Positions 1-9,216 of a DNA stretch of 20,000 bases are shown here, one piece after another (within the stretch, counting starts at the first letter, position 1; every line of letters starts with the position of its first letter). The translations under genes and the position numbers were made by a program. Source of the stretch: an uncultured virus (IMG/VR IMGVR_UViG_3300008117_000029) (taxonomy: Duplodnaviria > Heunggongvirae > Uroviricota > Caudoviricetes). The stretch is from positions 117,795 to 137,794 of IMG/VR virus record IMGVR_UViG_3300008117_000029, one strand, 5' to 3'. The notes under the pieces were generated by a model that was given only the letters and a program-made list of their open reading frames with translations, was not told the DNA's origin and did not search any database.

Positions 1-1820
1 ATTCTAACGTTGTAGGACCAACAACGTTCAGTCAAAATGGAACGTCTAATGGTAAACCAAGATGGACAAGTAGTAATTCACAGAACATTGTGTGGAAAGG
101 AACAAGATGGGAACTTGTTGGTTCAGATTTGATAACACCAATAAACCCTGTGGGGGGAGGTATTTTTGCGTCCTCAACCACTTCATTACCACCTTTAGGT
201 GGTTGGAGTTTACTTGGTGGAACACAAACTTATACTATAAATGTAACTTTAGGTTCTTGTCCTACAATAATACCACTTCAAGTGACAACAACAAAACAAG
301 ATGCGTCTTGCAACAACCAAACGAACTGTGATGGTTCAATAACGGTTAGTGCGAGATTTGGATTAGCACCATATCAATATTCGATTAATAACGGGGTATC
401 ATATCAAACCTCAAATATTTTTACAAATCTTTGCCCGAACACATACAATATTAGAGTTATAGATGCCGCGAATAATATAGTTAATCAATCGGTTCAAATA
501 AGTTCAGTGGGAAGTCCACAAACATATCAAATTAATATTATAACACAACCACAATTAAACACTGAGGTATCTTCAAATAATATTTCAACGAAAACAACAT
601 ATTTTTATGTTACTTCGGTTCCGCCTATACCTAATGGAGTTGTGGTTAATTTCAATTTGACAACATCATCTATCAAGACATTCAATGGACCAGGAACAGG
701 AACTTGTGTAGACAACTTTACTATTCTACAAAATGGTTCAACAAAGACACCTTTCTCCACAGACATAGATACTGTTATTGGAAGTAGACCAAACTGTAAT
801 CCCGAGACACAAAGAATTGATACTGAGACTGACCAATATTCGTTGGAACTCTCAAATTTTAGCACTGTTTCAGGTTCTACTACTTCGATATTAACAATAA
901 CCGATGGTCAAGTTGGAGCTCAGTCCAACTGCACAACTAATCTACAACAGACAATTTCTTTTCAAGTTTCTGATGTAGTCATCAAAGGATGCACTTGTTG
1001 TTCAGCGGTAGGTGATACAGAAAAAACACAGGTGAATAACAACTCAATCACCTATCAAGGTCAGGTTGATACACCTGAATGTGTAACATGTCAAGGTGTT
1101 ATTCAAAGTGGTAACATTTATCTCAACATGAATCAATTAGTTGGAGGATTAATTTGTTCAGGACCAAATAAGGTGGGTTGTTTCCAAAATTTCAGATATA
1201 GCCCTACTGGTGGTGTTCTTACAATTGATTCAGGACTATCCACATATCCGTGTGGTATATCCCCAAATAATAATGTTCAATACATGCAGGCAAACTTCCA
1301 AACACCAACAAGCGACAATTATTATGTTGAGGTTAAAGCAATGCTGAATGACGTTGAAGTTGGCTCGGGTATTTTCAACGGATTCTGTTCTGCGGGAATA
1401 AATGAAAGTGTTAGTGTTGTTATGTATAACCCGATTAATCTTGTTGCAGGTGATGTGTTCAAGATGGTTTATAATAGTGATGGTGGAAGTATTGTTTGTA
1501 ATCCTGTGACAAGTTTGATTGTGACACCAACTACTAATTTGGGTGAACCCGCAGTGGACATAGTAATTACTACGCAAAACATTGTGACAATTGATACTAG
1601 TTTTTCGATTCAGATTGAGACGAGTAACTATGGGGTATTTTATAAAACCGTAACAATAACAAGTGGAAATTCTTCGGGTAATATGATAGACAACGTTTCA
1701 GGAAGTCCAGGACCTGACCCAACAATAGTTGCTTATTGTATTGACAGCGTAGATAATTCTCTTATCTCTTGTTCATCAAAACAATGTTCAAACGCGAGCT
1801 GTAAATGTGCACAGGATTAA
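1..1820 (+). CDS. Large Thr/Ser/Asn/Cys-rich virion or adhesin-like protein with an SprB-like repeat (5' partial)
   Basis: The frame of ORF 90..1820 is open from position 3 (SNVVGPTTFSQNG...), so the start lies upstream of the window. Segment DGSITVSARFGLAPYQYSINNG..QTSNIFTNLCPNTYNIRVIDA matches the SprB-repeat pattern. Composition is beta-rich and the neighbour is a tail-like gene. Confidence 0.65.
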   Translation, partial: SNVVGPTTFSQNGTSNGKPRWTSSNSQNIVWKGTRWELVGSDLITPINPVGGGIFASSTTSLPPLGGWSLLGGTQTYTINVTLGSCPTIIPLQVTTTKQDASCNNQTNCDGSITVSARFGLAPYQYSINNGVSYQTSNIFTNLCPNTYNIRVIDAANNIVNQSVQISSVGSPQTYQINIITQPQLNTEVSSNNISTKTTYFYVTSVPPIPNGVVVNFNLTTSSIKTFNGPGTGTCVDNFTILQNGSTKTPFSTDIDTVIGSRPNCNPETQRIDTETDQYSLELSNFSTVSGSTTSILTITDGQVGAQSNCTTNLQQTISFQVSDVVIKGCTCCSAVGDTEKTQVNNNSITYQGQVDTPECVTCQGVIQSGNIYLNMNQLVGGLICSGPNKVGCFQNFRYSPTGGVLTIDSGLSTYPCGISPNNNVQYMQANFQTPTSDNYYVEVKAMLNDVEVGSGIFNGFCSAGINESVSVVMYNPINLVAGDVFKMVYNSDGGSIVCNPVTSLIVTPTTNLGEPAVDIVITTQNIVTIDTSFSIQIETSNYGVFYKTVTITSGNSSGNMIDNVSGSPGPDPTIVAYCIDSVDNSLISCSSKQCSNASCKCAQD

Positions 1821-1838
1821 TAAAAAAAGGATGACAAA

Positions 1839-1845
1839 TATTTAT
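1839..1845 (+). promoter_or_regulatory. TATTTAT motif, candidate phage late promoter
   Basis: Lies in the 30-nt gap, 5 nt before ATG 1851. The same motif occurs in the gaps at 15469 and 19858. Confidence 0.4.
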
Positions 1846-1850
1846 TCGTA

Positions 1851-4094
1851 ATGGCTTATATAATTAAAAATACTTCGGGTCTAATTAACACAAGATTAAC
1901 TGACGTTGGTCGTAGAAAGATATCACAAGGGAATTTCAACATTTCTTATTTCCAAATAGGGGATAGTGAAGTTAATTATCAGGCCGTTCCTAACTATAAT
2001 CAAACTAATAATAACATTTTGATGCCTGATTTCAATGCTCAAAATGACACAGGTTCCCCTCAGTCCAACAAAGAAAATGTGAAATATCCTTACTATGTTC
2101 AGGGTGGTATCGGTAACACATACGGAATACCTTACATGGATTCTACATTTCAAGAAGTTTATAATTCTGCTGGTGAAAAAGGATTTTTCATGACGGGAGG
2201 AACTCAAGGTAGTTGGACGGCACAAACTTCATCTGCATATACAATAACTTCTAACTATTGGGTTGCACAAGATACGCTCACAGGTCAAACAACGATAGAC
2301 ATCGAATTAGATACAAACCCACTTACACTCGAGCCATCATCAGGAACACCCTCAATAGGTGATTTTGTTACATTAATACTCGGAGTAGGACTTACAGGTT
2401 TTGTAGGTAACTATCCTGTTTTCACATATAAAATTCAAAACATAAGCCCTTCAACAGGAACCTCTGGAACAACTCCATGGACACTTACCTTAGATAGAAG
2501 TGTTCCAGATTTAAGTTCTTTTTCATTATCAGGAGAATATGCAAGAGTTCTGATATATCCTTCAGGTATGACTGTTCTTTATGATTTCATAACACCAGCA
2601 CCTTATTGGCAGACTGACACTATTAATTTTGAATCACCATGTGATGTTTCAAACCGTGAAAATACTTTAATTTGGAACATGAATATTCCTTGGTCAGAAA
2701 GTCCTGCTGGTCTTTTCAGTAACGCTTATGAAGATTATACAAAATACGGTTCAGTAACTTACATCGGGACTAAAGAATATTTGGGATATCAAGAGCCTTC
2801 AGGTCAAACCGATACAAGTCAAGTTTTTTATTACAATTCGTTTGATGAGAAAGTAGTTGTTAGACCCCAAGACCAAAAAGCAATTGCAATCATACACTAC
2901 ACTAATCAAGATATTGACCATGTTTATGGCGAGAAGTTTTCAACTATTCCTTATGACCCACAGAACCCTTCGAATCAAACAGGTTTAGCGAGACACCTTA
3001 AGGTTACAATACCTACTTTGATGTGGCATAAGTCGACAGGAAACACAATTGGTCAAACATTCTTTATCGACCCACCAGGTTATGATTTATGTAAACCATA
3101 CTATATCAAATCAACCAAAAACATTGATATGAACGACCCTGGTATTCGTTATTATCATCTTTGGGATACAAATCCTGATAGTAATGGTAATTTGAATAGA
3201 ATTGGCAAGGTTTTCCCTGATTCACAGACCATTGTAATTGACGATGAGGAGGTAATAGCGGCTATGTCTTATAAGGCTAATAGAAACTGGACTCTATCAG
3301 CACCTAAACTTTCTTATTTGGCACCTAATACTTGTTTCACGAACAACTCAACCGCCACAGGTTTACTTACTGCTGATACACAAACACTTTGGGTAACCTA
3401 TAGATTCAACAATACAGGATTTACTGATTCATTACACTGTAATTATTATTCGAAAATTGTTGGACCTTCAACAGGTTGCACAGACACAAGTCAAAATGTT
3501 GCTGTCAGATTCGGACCAGAGTTTCAATTTTTGAATCAACCTTCACCTTCTTCTACGGCTATTAATCTGACAGGATATTGTGCAAACTCATTGATGATTC
3601 TTTGTCAAATGGTTTCAGGTGACACTAGACCAAGTCCAACTGATTGGAAATACATTGATGTTACAGACCAAATATCTGGTTCATCGGTTAATGGATATAT
3701 TACAATGTCAGGATTGACAGGCACAACATTCCAAATAGATTTGGCAACGTATCAAAGTGCAGTTACAAACAGTGATATATATAACCTCGCCTCTTACATA
3801 GACATTCCAACAAACAATCAAACAGATTATTTGAATTTTGGTGATGAGTATTACTTCTATGGTAATTTCACAACAGATATTTCGGCAACAATATATGAGA
3901 TGAGATACTTGATAAATTTGGGAAGAAATCAATTCACTAACACTTCTAACCCAACATGGACAAGTGGAACTACTTCATATGTTACCGAAATTGGTCTTTA
4001 CGATTCCAATAAAGACCTTATTGTTATATCTAAGCTACAGTCTCCCGAATTGAGACAAGGTATTCAACAATACGTAGTGAAATTAGATTTTTAA
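1851..4094 (+). CDS. Phage structural protein, baseplate or tail-collar-fibre-like
   Basis: 747 aa. N-terminal LTDVGRRKI...F.I..FQIGDSE and C-terminal VTEIGLYD..DLIVISKL..P motifs resemble the two halves of a tail-collar/baseplate domain, around a long T/S/G/N-rich insert. Confidence 0.6.
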   Translation: MAYIIKNTSGLINTRLTDVGRRKISQGNFNISYFQIGDSEVNYQAVPNYNQTNNNILMPDFNAQNDTGSPQSNKENVKYPYYVQGGIGNTYGIPYMDSTFQEVYNSAGEKGFFMTGGTQGSWTAQTSSAYTITSNYWVAQDTLTGQTTIDIELDTNPLTLEPSSGTPSIGDFVTLILGVGLTGFVGNYPVFTYKIQNISPSTGTSGTTPWTLTLDRSVPDLSSFSLSGEYARVLIYPSGMTVLYDFITPAPYWQTDTINFESPCDVSNRENTLIWNMNIPWSESPAGLFSNAYEDYTKYGSVTYIGTKEYLGYQEPSGQTDTSQVFYYNSFDEKVVVRPQDQKAIAIIHYTNQDIDHVYGEKFSTIPYDPQNPSNQTGLARHLKVTIPTLMWHKSTGNTIGQTFFIDPPGYDLCKPYYIKSTKNIDMNDPGIRYYHLWDTNPDSNGNLNRIGKVFPDSQTIVIDDEEVIAAMSYKANRNWTLSAPKLSYLAPNTCFTNNSTATGLLTADTQTLWVTYRFNNTGFTDSLHCNYYSKIVGPSTGCTDTSQNVAVRFGPEFQFLNQPSPSSTAINLTGYCANSLMILCQMVSGDTRPSPTDWKYIDVTDQISGSSVNGYITMSGLTGTTFQIDLATYQSAVTNSDIYNLASYIDIPTNNQTDYLNFGDEYYFYGNFTTDISATIYEMRYLINLGRNQFTNTSNPTWTSGTTSYVTEIGLYDSNKDLIVISKLQSPELRQGIQQYVVKLDF

Positions 4095-4095
4095 T

Positions 4096-4698
4096 ATGGC
4101 TAAAAATATTGTTAAAGACTCCCCTAAGATTTTAGGATTGGATGTGTCCACCAAAACTATTGGATGGGCTTTGTTTGATATTGAATCAAAAAATTTATTA
4201 GAACTTACACATATTTCACCGGTCCCAAAACCAAAAAGTGAAAATAAAATCGAGGAACTCATTCTCAAATCGGGCATTTTTAGGAACAAACTTTCTGAAT
4301 ATGTAGGATTAGGAATCCAAAATGTCATTATCGAGGAACCACTACTTAATTCAAACAACGTGTATACGGTTGGAACTCTTATGAGGTTCAACACTTTGAT
4401 TTGTAAAGAAGTGTATGATATCTTAGGAGTAGTTCCTGAATTTATGTCTACTTACAACTCAAGAAAATTTGCATTCCCACACTTAGTTCAGAAAAATGAT
4501 AAAGGTAAATTTGTATTGTTCGGGGGTTTTCCTAAAGACATAGATAAAAAAGTTATCATATGGGAGTTGATTGCGAAAAGAGAACCACAAATTACTTGGT
4601 TATACACAAAAAACAACACCCTTAAAAAAGAAAACTTCGACCAAACAGACGCTTACTGTGCAGCACTAGGTTACATGAAGATGAAAGAAATTTGGTGA
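4096..4698 (+). CDS. RuvC-like (RNase H fold) Holliday junction resolvase
   Basis: ILGLDVSTKTIGWA (catalytic D), VIIEEP (E) and FDQTDA (DxxD) in RuvC order; 200 aa. Confidence 0.75.
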   Translation: MAKNIVKDSPKILGLDVSTKTIGWALFDIESKNLLELTHISPVPKPKSENKIEELILKSGIFRNKLSEYVGLGIQNVIIEEPLLNSNNVYTVGTLMRFNTLICKEVYDILGVVPEFMSTYNSRKFAFPHLVQKNDKGKFVLFGGFPKDIDKKVIIWELIAKREPQITWLYTKNNTLKKENFDQTDAYCAALGYMKMKEIW

Positions 4699-4722
4699 TT
4701 TAAAGAACAAAGCATATCTTTG
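4691..4722 (+). promoter_or_regulatory. Bacteroidetes-type sigma-70 promoter (-33 TTTG, -7 TAnnTTTG)
   Basis: TTTG at 4691-4694, 20-nt spacer, TATCTTTG at 4715-4722, then 4 nt to ATG 4727. Confidence 0.75.
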
Positions 4723-4726
4723 TGGT

Positions 4727-5095
4727 ATGCACATGTTGAGAACACCACACACAAAGTCAATTTCCAAAGTTGTAAAAAAATTTGGTAACAAGATACCCAT
4801 ATCCAACTCACAACTCAAAGGAACTTTTACAATCAAAAACTACCGTTCATACTCTCACCTCGAAGAAGTAGATATAATATTCGAAGGGCAAATTTTCGTT
4901 CACTATAATAGGAAAAAAGATTGGTATAGTTCTTCAGTCATGACTGACGTTTTTCCAAATGGGGGAAGAGTTTCAAAAATTAAAGTCAATCGATTCATAA
5001 GACGAAACATTTTTTTTGATGTTAAAACTTACTTAAAGTATTTCGATATTGAAATACCCTATTATGATTTGATTAAGAAAATTATTTGGAAATGA
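4727..5095 (+). CDS. Hypothetical basic protein
   Basis: 122-aa ORF filling the gap, with its own promoter and an ATGA overlap with the next ORF. Confidence 0.7.
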   Translation: MHMLRTPHTKSISKVVKKFGNKIPISNSQLKGTFTIKNYRSYSHLEEVDIIFEGQIFVHYNRKKDWYSSSVMTDVFPNGGRVSKIKVNRFIRRNIFFDVKTYLKYFDIEIPYYDLIKKIIWK

Positions 5096-5253
5096 TAATA
5101 TTTTTTTACATTTGGGTCACGCTTCTTATTATAACGGTCGTTTTCTTCATTTTTGCTGGTTTCATAGAAAAAAATTTTGATGAAAATCATCCGGTAAAAA
5201 AATGGTGGAGAAAACACGTTGTGGCAGAAGCACCTAAAGATATCGACATATGA
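5092..5253 (+). CDS. Small single-pass membrane protein, 53 aa (absent from the ORF track)
   Basis: MIIFFYIWVTLLIITVVFFIFAGFIEKNFDENHPVKKWWRKHVVAEAPKDIDI*. ATGA overlaps at both ends (5092-5095 and 5250-5253). Confidence 0.75.
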   Translation: MIIFFYIWVTLLIITVVFFIFAGFIEKNFDENHPVKKWWRKHVVAEAPKDIDI

Positions 5254-6167
5254 GTGATGAAATAGAGGTTTTAGTTGAACTCCTTAGTGATTTTTTAGGT
5301 GAACCTAATCAGCACTATGAATCAAAGGGGCAAATATCTTTTGACTGCCCTGTCTGTGCGGATGAAAAAGGTTTGGATAAAGGAGACGGTAAAGGAAACC
5401 TTGAGATTAACTATATCCGACACGTTTACAAATGTTGGGCTTGTGGTGAAACTCACGGAACACACGGACCCTTGGGTAAACTTTTCGATGGACATGCAAC
5501 AAAACAACAAAAGAAAGTTTACAATCTTATCAAACCCGAAGAGTTCAAACAGGAGGATAAAAAAAGACTCAGATTAAGACTACCTGAAGGGTTCACTTTA
5601 TTTAAAGATTCAAATCCTAGATTCATTCCTCATATTGAAGCTTACAAATACCTTCAATCTCGTGGTATATCAGATGAAATGATTGAAAAATATAAGATTG
5701 GATATACGGTTCAAGGAGATTTTGCATATAGAGTAATTATACCGTCTTTTGACAAAGAAGGTGTCTTGAATTATTTTGTTGGTAGAGCATGGGTTAATAA
5801 AAAGATGAAATACAAAAATCCTGCTTCAGTCCCTAAAGACGAAATCATATTCAATGAAAAACTAATTGATTGGGATAAGGAAATATACCTCGTAGAAGGT
5901 GCCTTTGACTCATTCTTTCTTCCAAACCCGTTAGTGATGCTTGGTAAAAAAATGAGTAAACTCATTTTCGAAACCCTTTATACAAGGGCAAATGGAAATA
6001 TTACAATATGTGTCGATGGTGATGCTTGGGATGACGGTCTCAAAATGTATCACGAACTGAATGGAGGTCGTTTGTATAATAAAATAAAAATTGTTAAATT
6101 ACCTAAAGACAAAGACGTTTGTGATTTGAAAGGTAACATCGAAGAATTCTATTATGAAATTAAGTAA
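5250..6167 (+). CDS. DNA primase, DnaG/T4 gp61-like (Zn finger plus TOPRIM)
   Basis: CPVC...CWACG zinc finger, YLQSRGI, RVIIP, GRA..KYKNP, and TOPRIM motifs LVEGAFD and CVDGDA. Confidence 0.88.
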   Translation: MSDEIEVLVELLSDFLGEPNQHYESKGQISFDCPVCADEKGLDKGDGKGNLEINYIRHVYKCWACGETHGTHGPLGKLFDGHATKQQKKVYNLIKPEEFKQEDKKRLRLRLPEGFTLFKDSNPRFIPHIEAYKYLQSRGISDEMIEKYKIGYTVQGDFAYRVIIPSFDKEGVLNYFVGRAWVNKKMKYKNPASVPKDEIIFNEKLIDWDKEIYLVEGAFDSFFLPNPLVMLGKKMSKLIFETLYTRANGNITICVDGDAWDDGLKMYHELNGGRLYNKIKIVKLPKDKDVCDLKGNIEEFYYEIK

Positions 6168-6996
6168 CGTAGCCAATGAATTAAGGGAAATAATTTCCCG
6201 AAGACAAGACGAATTAGGTCTTACTTTCCAAGAAGAAAAACATATATACACAATGGATGGTAAGACAAGTTGGCCATCAGTTTCGAAAGTCTTGAAACAT
6301 TTTTATAAGCCATTTCCCACCGAGGAAGCTGCGTATAATAAAGCTGGTGGTGACCCTGAAAAACAACAACAACTTATCGAGGAATGGGCGGCAGCTGGTT
6401 CTTATTCCACGAATTTGGGAAGTAGAGTGCACTTCGTTTTGGAAGAAGAAGCCATTAAGAGATATGGTTCCTATAAAGAGGTTAGAAAACCTGTTTTCGA
6501 ATGCGATTTAACCCAACTCATGAAAAGTGATAAAATGATAGTTGCGGGTAAAAGATATTTGGATTTATTGGAACAAAGAGAAGTTGTATTGTTAGATACC
6601 GAGATGGTTCTCGGAGACCCTGAACTTGGTTATACGGGTCAACCTGATAAAGTATGGTTAACCCATAATGTTAATAAAAATGACTTCGGATTGTTAATTA
6701 CAGATTGGAAAACAAATAAACCAAAAAACTTCCTTGAAAATGATTACACAGAAAGAATGTATGAACCTTTCGAGGAATTACCGAATAATGCCTTGGGACA
6801 TTATTTTGTTCAATTACCTCTTTATGGAAAACTCTTATTGAAAATGTTAAAGGGTTCCAAATATGAAAATATCAAAGTTTATGGTTGTATTATTGCACAT
6901 CTCAGAGAAGATACACAATTTGAAGAGTTCAGAGTTCCAAAAAAAGTAATCGAAACTGTGATGGGTATGGACATCAAAAAATATTTGAATAAATAA
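6154..6996 (+). CDS. PD-(D/E)XK exonuclease (RecB/Cas4-like phage family)
   Basis: PSVSKVL, GSRVH, TE, GQPDKV, DWKT and QLPLY motifs. Confidence 0.8.
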   Translation: MKLSNVANELREIISRRQDELGLTFQEEKHIYTMDGKTSWPSVSKVLKHFYKPFPTEEAAYNKAGGDPEKQQQLIEEWAAAGSYSTNLGSRVHFVLEEEAIKRYGSYKEVRKPVFECDLTQLMKSDKMIVAGKRYLDLLEQREVVLLDTEMVLGDPELGYTGQPDKVWLTHNVNKNDFGLLITDWKTNKPKNFLENDYTERMYEPFEELPNNALGHYFVQLPLYGKLLLKMLKGSKYENIKVYGCIIAHLREDTQFEEFRVPKKVIETVMGMDIKKYLNK

Positions 6997-7014
6997 TAAT
7001 TTTTACTATATTTT
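6984..7014 (+). promoter_or_regulatory. Possible variant Bacteroidetes-type promoter
   Basis: TTTG at 6984-6987, 19-nt spacer, TATATTTT at 7007-7014 (one mismatch to TAnnTTTG), upstream of ATG 7028. Confidence 0.4.
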
Positions 7015-7027
7015 AAATAAAAACTGT

Positions 7028-7264
7028 ATGCAAGATTTAACCCCAAAAATTGATTTGAGACAATGTGACAACGTCAAGTGTGAGAACTGTGGTGGGATTT
7101 TTTTCCGTGAAGTATTACTTCTAAAAAGAGTTCCTGCACTGATGACAGGTTCCCGAGAAGACACAAATGTTCCCTTCTCAGTAACAAAGTGTGATAGTTG
7201 TGGACATGTTAATAAAGGATTTAATCCATTTGAAGAAGAAACAAAATCATTAATTAATGATTAA
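7028..7264 (+). CDS. Small zinc-ribbon protein
   Basis: CENC...CDSCGH; 78 aa; overlaps the start of the Mre11 gene. Confidence 0.75.
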   Translation: MQDLTPKIDLRQCDNVKCENCGGIFFREVLLLKRVPALMTGSREDTNVPFSVTKCDSCGHVNKGFNPFEEETKSLIND

Positions 7265-8036
7265 AAAATTAGTCCATTTTTCTGACCTTCATATTAGGTT
7301 GTTCAAAGACCACGAACTTTATCGTGGGATTTTGATGCAAGCACTTAGCGAGTGGAAAGCTCTTGCGCCTGATAGAATTGTATTCACAGGTGACTTGGTT
7401 CACTCCAAAAATCAAATGACACCTGAATTGGTTGAATTTGTTGCTTGGGTTTTGGCTCAATGTGCTGAAATAACAAAAACAATTGTAATTATCGGTAATC
7501 ATGATTTTTTGGAAAACAACAACACTCGTCTCGATGCATTGACACCGATAATAGACTCACTCAAAAACGAAAACATTTCTTATTTCAAAAACAGAGGTGT
7601 TTATGAGGATGATAATATTAATTGGTGTGTGTTCTCTCTCATGGAGCATAACATTCCACCTGAAATAAAAAAGTCAGAAAGAATTAATATAGGTTTATTT
7701 CATGGACCCGTTCAAGGATTATACACTGATATTGGTTATAAGTTTGAGGATGGTTTCGATTCGAACAAATTCAAAGGGTGTGATTTAGTTCTATGTGGCG
7801 ATATTCACAAAAGGCAGATATTTGACATACCTGGTGGTAAGAAAGCTTATATGATTGGTTCCACTATACAACAAAACTTTGGTGAAACAGTAAGGAAACA
7901 CGGATACGGAGTATACGAAATCGAAAAAGACGAATACACTTTCATTGATTTACCTAACCCTAAACCTTTCCTTTCATTCTATATTAATTCAATTGATAAT
8001 TTAGAGAAGGGAACTGAAAAGTTAGTTAATTATTAA
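7257..8036 (+). CDS. sbcD: Mre11/SbcD/T4 gp47-like metallophosphoesterase nuclease (catalytic domain only)
   Basis: All five motifs present: SDLH, GDLVH, GNHD, FHG, GDIH, followed by GS.IQQNFGE. Only 259 aa. Confidence 0.88.
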   Translation: MIKKLVHFSDLHIRLFKDHELYRGILMQALSEWKALAPDRIVFTGDLVHSKNQMTPELVEFVAWVLAQCAEITKTIVIIGNHDFLENNNTRLDALTPIIDSLKNENISYFKNRGVYEDDNINWCVFSLMEHNIPPEIKKSERINIGLFHGPVQGLYTDIGYKFEDGFDSNKFKGCDLVLCGDIHKRQIFDIPGGKKAYMIGSTIQQNFGETVRKHGYGVYEIEKDEYTFIDLPNPKPFLSFYINSIDNLEKGTEKLVNY

Positions 8037-8037
8037 G

Positions 8038-8853
8038 ATGGAAGTTAAACTTAATCTTTCCAAAGATGAACTTAAAGAATTGGTTTCTTATTGTAATCTC
8101 AACGATTTACTTATAAGCTCAGTTGTCAAGGAATCCTTTACAACTGGATTCAACATTGAAAGATATGGTTTGTTAAATGCTGGACCAAAAGTGACCGAAA
8201 AAGAAGTCATCAAAGAAGTTGTAAAGAGAGTTGAGATACCGGTGGAAATTGAAAAAGAAGTTGTCAAAATTGAATATGTGGAGATTGAAAAACCAGTCGA
8301 AGTTATCAAAGAGGTTATTGTAGAAAAAATTGTTGAGGTCATAAAAGAAATTCCAATTGAAAAGGTAGTTGAAAATGTGGTCGAGGTAATCAAAGAAATC
8401 CCTGTTGAAAAAGTTGTGGTCAAAGAAATAGTAAAAGAGGTGCCTGTTGAAAAAGTGATTGAAAAAATCGTAAAAGTTTCAGACGATACTCAAATAAATG
8501 AGTTGTTGTTCAAAATACAACAGTTGGAAAATCAACCACCAAAGATTGTTGAAGTTGTAAAAGAAATCCCTGTTGACAAAGTTGTGATACAGGAAAAAAT
8601 AGTGGAGGTTACTAAAGAAATTCCAATTGAGGTCATCAAAGAAGTGGTGATTGAAAAAGTCACAGGAGGGGATTTACAACCTAAACTGGATGCTTTACAG
8701 AATACAGTTCAGAAACTAAAACAAGACAACATAGAAAAAGACAAAAAAATAAAAGAATACGAAAAAACAATTCAAGATATTCAAAAGTTCCAAGAAGATA
8801 AAAAAGCAATGTTCTTGAGGGGCTCGAATCTTGATGATAATCTTTATAAATAA
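8038..8853 (+). CDS. V/E/K/I/P-repeat protein (alveolin/articulin-like low complexity) with a C-terminal coiled coil
   Basis: Many EVIKEIPVEKVV-type units at about aa 52-147 and 168-208, then a heptad-like tail. Confidence 0.8.
   Translation: MEVKLNLSKDELKELVSYCNLNDLLISSVVKESFTTGFNIERYGLLNAGPKVTEKEVIKEVVKRVEIPVEIEKEVVKIEYVEIEKPVEVIKEVIVEKIVEVIKEIPIEKVVENVVEVIKEIPVEKVVVKEIVKEVPVEKVIEKIVKVSDDTQINELLFKIQQLENQPPKIVEVVKEIPVDKVVIQEKIVEVTKEIPIEVIKEVVIEKVTGGDLQPKLDALQNTVQKLKQDNIEKDKKIKEYEKTIQDIQKFQEDKKAMFLRGSNLDDNLYK
8190..8665 (+). repeat. Degenerate in-frame tandem repeat encoding (E)V(I/V)KE(I/V)P(V/I)EK units
   Basis: Recurrent gaaaaag/aaagaa/gttgaa words. The repeat is conserved in protein and diverged at synonymous positions. 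Confidence 0.7.
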
Positions 8854-8859
8854 TATTTT

Positions 8860-9213
8860 ATGACACAATTAATTTTATGGATGATAATGACTTATGGAAT
8901 AAGCAACATCTTGGTTTATGGGAGCATTTTCAACGGACCGAGAAATAAAATAAACAAATTGGCGGCAAGCGAGCATACACTATTCAATGGATTTTGGGTT
9001 TTCTTATCCGATATGTTGAAATGTATGATGTGCACACCAACTTGGGTTGGATTTTTCTTCGGAATTTTCTTATATTCACCAGTTCATACTATACTTGAAG
9101 TATCACCATTTGTATCGTGGTTTTTTGATGGGATGTTGGCTTCTGGTTCTGTATGGGCAATTAATTCAATAATCGAGTGGTTTGAACAAAATAGACCACA
9201 ACAAAACAATTAA
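8860..9213 (+). CDS. Membrane protein with CxxC...W motif (DUF1360-like)
   Basis: About three hydrophobic segments and the motif LKCMMCTPTWVG. Confidence 0.6.
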   Translation: MTQLILWMIMTYGISNILVYGSIFNGPRNKINKLAASEHTLFNGFWVFLSDMLKCMMCTPTWVGFFFGIFLYSPVHTILEVSPFVSWFFDGMLASGSVWAINSIIEWFEQNRPQQNN

Positions 9214-9216
9214 AAA

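Noticed and set aside
4096..4698. RuvC motif as TnpB/IscB/Cas12 or a transposase
   Set aside because: Only 200 aa, with no zinc finger, bridge helix, terminal repeats or non-coding space for a guide RNA; it fits a stand-alone resolvase.
6154..6996. Cas4-like nuclease as a sign of a CRISPR-Cas system
   Set aside because: No repeat-spacer array or other cas genes are visible, the four-Cys Fe-S pattern is absent, and the context is a replication block.
8190..8665. Repeat region as a CRISPR array or DGR template/variable repeat
   Set aside because: The repeats are in frame, degenerate at synonymous sites and have no spacers; no reverse transcriptase is present.
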